NCBI GenBank assembly: GCA_964016885.1
Contig: OZ024746.1
Span: 4,464,001 to 4,528,000 of the forward strand
Direction: 5' to 3'
Length of the DNA: 64,000 bases
From: Eledone cirrhosa
Taxonomy: Eukaryota
The notes below the pieces were generated by a model that saw only the letters and a program-made list of their open reading frames with translations, did no database searches and was not told where the DNA came from. Below, in pieces: positions 58,501 to 64,000 of this stretch. The position numbers and the translations under genes are program-made. Numbering within the stretch: position 1 is the stretch's first letter; each line of letters opens with the position of its first letter.

Positions 58501-60277
58501 AGAGGGGGAGTAGGGGGAGAGAGACGTCTAACTATGGAGAAGTTAGACCAGTTGGTATAGTGTTAGGGTGAGAGAGAGGGGGAGTAGGGGGAGAGAGACG
58601 TCTAACTATGGAGAAGTTAGACCAGTTGGTATAGTGTTAGGGTGAGAGAGAGGGGGAGTAGGGGGGAGAGAGACGTCTAACTATGGAGAAGTTAGACCAG
58701 TTGGTATAGTGTTAGGGTGAGAGAGAGGGGGAGTAGGGGGGAGAGAGACGTCTAACTATGGGGAAGTTAGACCAGTTGGTATAGTGTTAGGGTGAGAGAG
58801 AGGGGGAGTAGGGGGGAGAGAGACGTCTAACTATGGGGAAGTTAGACCAGTTGGTATAGTGTTAGGGTGAGAGAGAGGGGGAGTAGGGGGGAGAGAGACG
58901 TCTAACTATGGAGAAGTTAGACCAGTTGGTATAGTGTTAGGGTGAGAGAGAGGGGGAGTAGGGGGGAGAGAGACGTCTAACTATGGAGAAGTTAGACCAG
59001 TTGGTATAGTGTTAGGGTGAGAGAGAGGGGGAGTAGGGGGGAGAGAGACGTCTAACTATGGAGAAGTTAGACCAGTTGGTATAGTGTTAGGGTGAGAGAG
59101 AGGGGGAGTAGGGGGAGAGAGACGTCTAACTATGGAGAAGTTAGACCAGTTGGTATAGTGTTAGGGTGAGAGAGAGGGGGAGTAGGGGGGAGAGAGACGT
59201 CTAACTATGGAGAAGTTAGACCAGTTGGTATAGTGTTAGGGTGAGAGAGAGGGGGAGTAGGGGGAGAGAGACGTCTAACTATGGAGAAGTTAGACCAGTT
59301 GGTATAGTGTTAGGGTGAGAGAGAGGGGGAGTAGGGGGAGAGAGACGTCTAACTATGGAGAAGTTAGACCAGTTGGTATAGTGTTAGGGTGAGAGAGAGG
59401 GGGAGTAGGGGGGAGAGAGACGTCTAACTATGGGGAAGTTAGACCAGTTGGTATAGTGTTAGGGTGAGAGAGAGGGGGAGTAGGGGGAGAGAGACGTCTA
59501 ACTATGGAGAAGTTAGACCAGTTGGTATAGTGTTAGGGTGAGAGAGAGGGGGAGTAGGGGGGAGAGAGACGTCTAACTATGGAGAAGTTAGACCAGTTGG
59601 TATAGTGTTAGGGTGAGAGAGAGGGGGAGTAGGGGGGAGAGAGACGTCTAACTATGGGGAAGTTAGACCAGTTGGTATAGTGTTAGGGTGAGAGAGAGGG
59701 GGAGTAGGGGGGAGAGAGACGTCTAACTATGGGGAAGTTAGACCAGTTGGTATAGTGTTAGGGTGAGAGAGAGGGGGAGTAGGGGGAGAGAGACGTCTAA
59801 CTATGGAGAAGTTAGACCAGTTGGTATAGTGTTAGGGTGAGAGAGAGGGGGAGTAGGGGGAGAGAGACGTCTAACTATGGAGAAGTTAGACCAGTTGGTA
59901 TAGTGTTAGGGTGAGAGAGAGGGGGAGTAGGGGGGAGAGAGACGTCTAACTATGGAGAAGTTAGACCAGTTGGTATAGTGTTAGGGTGAGAGAGAGGGGG
60001 AGTAGGGGGAGAGAGACGTCTAACTATGGAGAAGTTAGACCAGTTGGTATAGTGTTAGGGTGAGAGAGAGGGGGAGTAGGGGGGAGAGAGACGTCTAACT
60101 ATGGGGAAGTTAGACCAGTTGGTATAGTGTTAGGGTGAGAGAGAGGGGGAGTAGGGGGAGAGAGACGTCTAACTATGGAGAAGTTAGACCAGTTGGTATA
60201 GTGTTAGGGTGAGAGAGAGGGGGAGTAGGGGGAGAGAGACGTCTAACTATGGAGAAGTTAGACCAGTTGGTATAGTG
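55503..60277. repeat. G-rich minisatellite, unit about 68-76 bp, roughly 65 copies
   Basis: GACGTCTAACTATGG(A/G)GAAGTTAGACCAGTTGGTATAGTGTTAGGGTGAGAGAGAGGGGGAGTAGGGGGGAGAGA. Confidence 0.98.
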
Positions 60278-61172
60278 GTGGAGGTGGTGGCAGTACGGTG
60301 GTGGTAGTAGTGGTGGTGGTGGTGGCAGTAGTGGTGGTGGTGGTGGCAGTAGTGGTGGTGGTGGTGGCAGTAGTGGTGGTGGTGGTGGTAGCAGTGGTGG
60401 AGGTGGTGGCAGTAGTGGTGGTGGTGGTGGTAGTAGTGGTGGTGGTGGTGGTAGTAGTGGTGGTGGTGGTGGCAGTAGTGGTGGAGGTGGTGGCAGTAGT
60501 GGTGGTGGTGGTAGTAGTGGTGGAGGTGGTGGAGGTGGTGGCAGTAGTGGTGGAGGTGGTGGTGGTGGCAGTAGTGGTGGTGGTGGTAGTAGTGGAGGTG
60601 GTGGAGGTGGTGGCAGTAGTGGTGGTGGTGGTGGTGGTAGTAGTGGTGGTGGTGGTGGTAGTAGTGGTGGTGGTGGCAGTAGTGGTGATGGTGGTGGCAG
60701 TAGTGGTGGTGGTGGTGGCAGTAGTGGTGGTGGTGGTGGCAGTAGTGGTGGTGGTGGTGGCAGTAGTGGTGGTGGTGGTGGCAGTAGTGGTGGTGGTGGT
60801 GGCAGTAGTGGTGGTGGTGGTGGTAGTAGTGGTGGAGGTGGTTGCAGTAGTGGTGGTGGCAGTAGTGGTGGTGGTGGTGGCAGTAGTGGTGGTGGTGGTG
60901 GCAGTAGTGGTGGTGGTGGTGGCAGTAGTAGTGGTGGTGGTGGTAGTAGTAGTGGTGGTGGTGGCAGTAGTGGTGGAGGTGGTGGTGGCAGTAGTAGTGG
61001 TGGTGGTGGCAGTAGCGGTGGAGGTGGTGGCAGTAGTGGTGGTGGTGGTGGCAGTAGTGGTGGTGGTGGTGGCAGTAGTGGTGGTGGTGGTGGTAGTAGT
61101 GGTGGTGGAGGTGGCAGTAGTGGTGGTGGTGGTGGTAGTAGTGGTGGTGGTGATAGTAGTGGTGGAGGTGGG
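60278..61172. repeat. (GGT/AGT/GGC)n trinucleotide array with 18-bp sub-period
   Basis: GGCAGTAGTGGTGGTGGT-type units. Confidence 0.93.
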
Positions 61173-61335
61173 GAGACAAATGATAAAAAGCCAACACAGG
61201 AGTTACATCAAGATGATTCAATTAATTCCAAAAGCTCCAATATTCCAGTGACGATAAAAAAATAAAACATTGGATCTCCTGGAATTCTACCTCCTGTTGG
61301 CATAGGAACAAAATTGTTCTTTTCCTGCGTGTATA

Positions 61336-61372
<37 letters not shown>

Positions 61373-61404
61373 ATGTGTGTGTGTGTGTATGTGTGTGTGT
61401 AAAT

Positions 61405-61582
61405 AAGTGTTTCTACTTTAGGCACAAGGCCAGCAATTACCCAGTGCATTACTGGTACTTTATTTTATCGACCCCGTAAGGATGAAAGGCAAAGTCAACC
61501 TCGGCGGGATTTGAACTCAGATCGTAAAGGGACGTAACTATGCTGGAAAGCATGGCGTCCGACCCTCTACCGATACTGCCAA
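61405..61582 (-). mobile_element. SINE family A
   Basis: Near-identical to reverse complement of 26881-27050. Confidence 0.9.
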
Positions 61583-61692
61583 TAAATAATATAAATAAAT
61601 GCATACGGAGATACACACATGCATACACAAATAAAATATAAATATATATATATATGTGTGTGTGTATAATATATATGTATATGTATATAATG

Positions 61693-61761
<69 letters not shown>

Positions 61762-61772
61762 TATAAAATATA

Positions 61773-61824
<52 letters not shown>

Positions 61825-62203
61825 TATAAAATATATATATGTATATATATATGTGTGTGTGTATATATATATGTAGAAGTGGCTATCTCATTTTTTTTAT
61901 TACAATGCCCAGATATAAGTGAATATTTATATCCATGTATGTGTGATTGTTCGTGGTGTGTCTGTGTCTGTGTCTGTGAGTGTTTGAGTGTGTTTGTGTG
62001 AGTGTGTTTGAGTGTGTGTGTCTGTGTGTGTCTCTCTCTTTGACTCTGTGTGTATGTGAGTGCCTGTGTATAATTTCTGAGTTATCAATATCGAAATCTT
62101 AAAGAATAACTACATCCTCTGGCAGTAGAAAGTAAGATAACGCTGGTTTTTATTCATGCAGACATCCATGCTAAATTGTAAATGGATTTACACCGCTAAT
62201 CAT

Positions 62204-62345
<142 letters not shown>

Positions 62346-62380
62346 TTATATATATACACATACATATATATATATATATA

Positions 62381-62467
<87 letters not shown>

Positions 62468-62502
62468 TAAAATGTGTGTTACTTTATATACAAATAAATA
62501 TA

Positions 62503-62580
62503 CTGGGTGTTCCATAAAATGTATACATACTTCAACAGCATTCTAATAAAAGTGTGTATATATTTTTGTGGGACACCCTG
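62503..62580. mobile_element. Tc1/mariner-type MITE (about 78 bp)
   Basis: TA-C(T)GGGTGTTCCA...TGGGACACCCTG-TA, imperfect TIRs covering most of the element, TA duplication. Confidence 0.8.
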
Positions 62581-63008
62581 TATATACGGGAATACATATA
62601 CCAGATATCATTGTTCATATGTAAAAAAAAATACAATAATATATTAACCGTATCACAAAATAAACATAATATTACAAAAAAAGAAAACCCAGTAATTTAA
62701 TTTCTGTGACTGCAAATATTTTATCTTCATATTGCAATAGAAATTACGTAAACAACTTTGTGTATATATGTGCATGATATATGTATATGTATGTCTGTTT
62801 GAGTGTATATATGTACATGATGTATGTGTATGTATGTTTGAGGGTACATGTATGTTTCGCTTTATGAGTAAGATGCATTTAAATTTATGTGTACGTGTTG
62901 GTATGTGTATATGTTTGTGTGTTATGTTAAAAATAATGTATTTATATAAACAATATATATGAATATGTATAATTTATACATTTACACGTGTGTAACACAC
63001 ATGCATAG

Positions 63009-63058
<50 letters not shown>

Positions 63059-63065
<7 letters not shown>

Positions 63066-63322
63066 TGTAATAAACAACATAAGGCAATTATTCCATTTAC
63101 CAGTGGTTTCTTAAAAGCAAAAGATTTTGCTTTCAATCCTGAGAATGAAAAAATCCAGGATTTTTTTCATTCTGAGGATTGAAAGCAAAATCTTTTGCTT
63201 TTAAGAAACCACTGGTAAATGGAATAATTGCCTTATGTTGTTTATTACATAACTATTAAGCTCTGTTACCTACATAGAGCACTCTTTTTTCCTGGACTTT
63301 TCCGACGGAATTACTTCATTCA
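63059..63322 (+). mobile_element. Hairpin mini-element I: about 97-bp arms (63059-63256) plus tail, containing a complete hammerhead
   Basis: Axis ATCC-a-GGAT; TA tracts both sides; tail-only copy at 40215. Confidence 0.85.
63165..63224 (+). ncRNA. Complete type I hammerhead ribozyme motif
   Basis: Stem I TTTCATT/AATGGAA, CTGAGGA, stem II TTGAAAGCAAAA tc TTTTGCTTTTAA, GAAA, stem III CCA-c-TGG, cleavage triplet GTA (cut after 63217). Confidence 0.85.
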
Positions 63323-63348
63323 TACATATATATATATATATATATACA

Positions 63349-63419
63349 CAGGGTATCCCAAACAAATGTATACATACTTCAAAAGTAATCGAAGTGTGTA
63401 TACATTTTTGGGAGATACA

Positions 63420-63422
<3 letters not shown>
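63349..63422. mobile_element. Tc1/mariner-type MITE
   Basis: CAGGGTATCCC..AAATGTATACATACTTC / GAAGTGTGTATACATTT..GATACACTG; same family as 62503. Confidence 0.75.
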
Positions 63423-63498
<76 letters not shown>

Positions 63499-64000
63499 GA
63501 TAAATCTACCAAAATATACGATAGTGTCCAATCCGTATGAAGAACTCAATGTAATCCAAATATAGAAGATATCTTGAAAAGAGAAGATGCATTCAAAAAT
63601 GTTCGATGAAAATCATAGGAAAACAGAGTTAAGATAAATTAATAAAGACAATGAAATAAAAACAAAGAACAAGTTCTTTATATCAAAAAATTCATCATTT
63701 TACGATCGTTTCTAGGATGTATATGTGTGTTGGTATGTATATCATATAGATCTATGTAAACATATTACAAATTATCAGAGGAAATATACATGCTGTCATC
63801 AGAAATGATGAGATTTATTTATTGAAAAAAAAAACAACAAAGATTTAATATAAAAGGTCTGTTTGGGAACAGGTTTTGAATTGACCAATAGAGAAGTAGT
63901 TAGAGGTCAAGTTGATAGAATAGTGGTAGTAGAAATTTAATTTAGGGGTAGTGGAGTGCAGACTTATGTTTTGAATGAAAAAGATTGCTTTGAATGAAAA

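Noticed and set aside
55503-60277. CRISPR-like palindromic repeats or telomere array
   Set aside because: Spacers are near-identical purine runs; TTAGGG occurs singly per unit, not in tandem
60247-61251. His/Cys/Tyr-rich metal-binding protein (324 aa)
   Set aside because: Reading of a (GGT)n-derived array; both strands open; no signal peptide or non-repetitive domain

Overview
AT-rich, extremely microsatellite-dense eukaryotic DNA with no recognisable host protein-coding gene. The SINE sequences and (TA)n/(CA)n load resemble octopus/cephalopod DNA (inference from recall, not searched). It holds about a dozen copies of one tRNA-derived SINE, two other SINE families, decayed RTE and CR1/Jockey-like LINE fragments, the GIY-YIG 3' end of a Penelope-like element (PLE), three Tc1/mariner-type MITE copies, an intron-containing tRNA-Tyr pseudogene and several multi-kb minisatellites. 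Nearly all listed ORFs are simple-repeat artefacts. The main hidden structure is a set of short, mostly mutually unrelated elements lodged in (TA)n tracts. Many are long near-perfect hairpins with a one-sided tail, and many carry whole or partial minimal type I hammerhead ribozyme cores (CUGANGA...GAAA...UH; best copy 63165-63224). One shares its tail with the GIY-YIG element, which suggests TA-targeted, Penelope-mobilised, ribozyme-bearing mini-elements. Coordinates were read by eye and may be off by a few bases.
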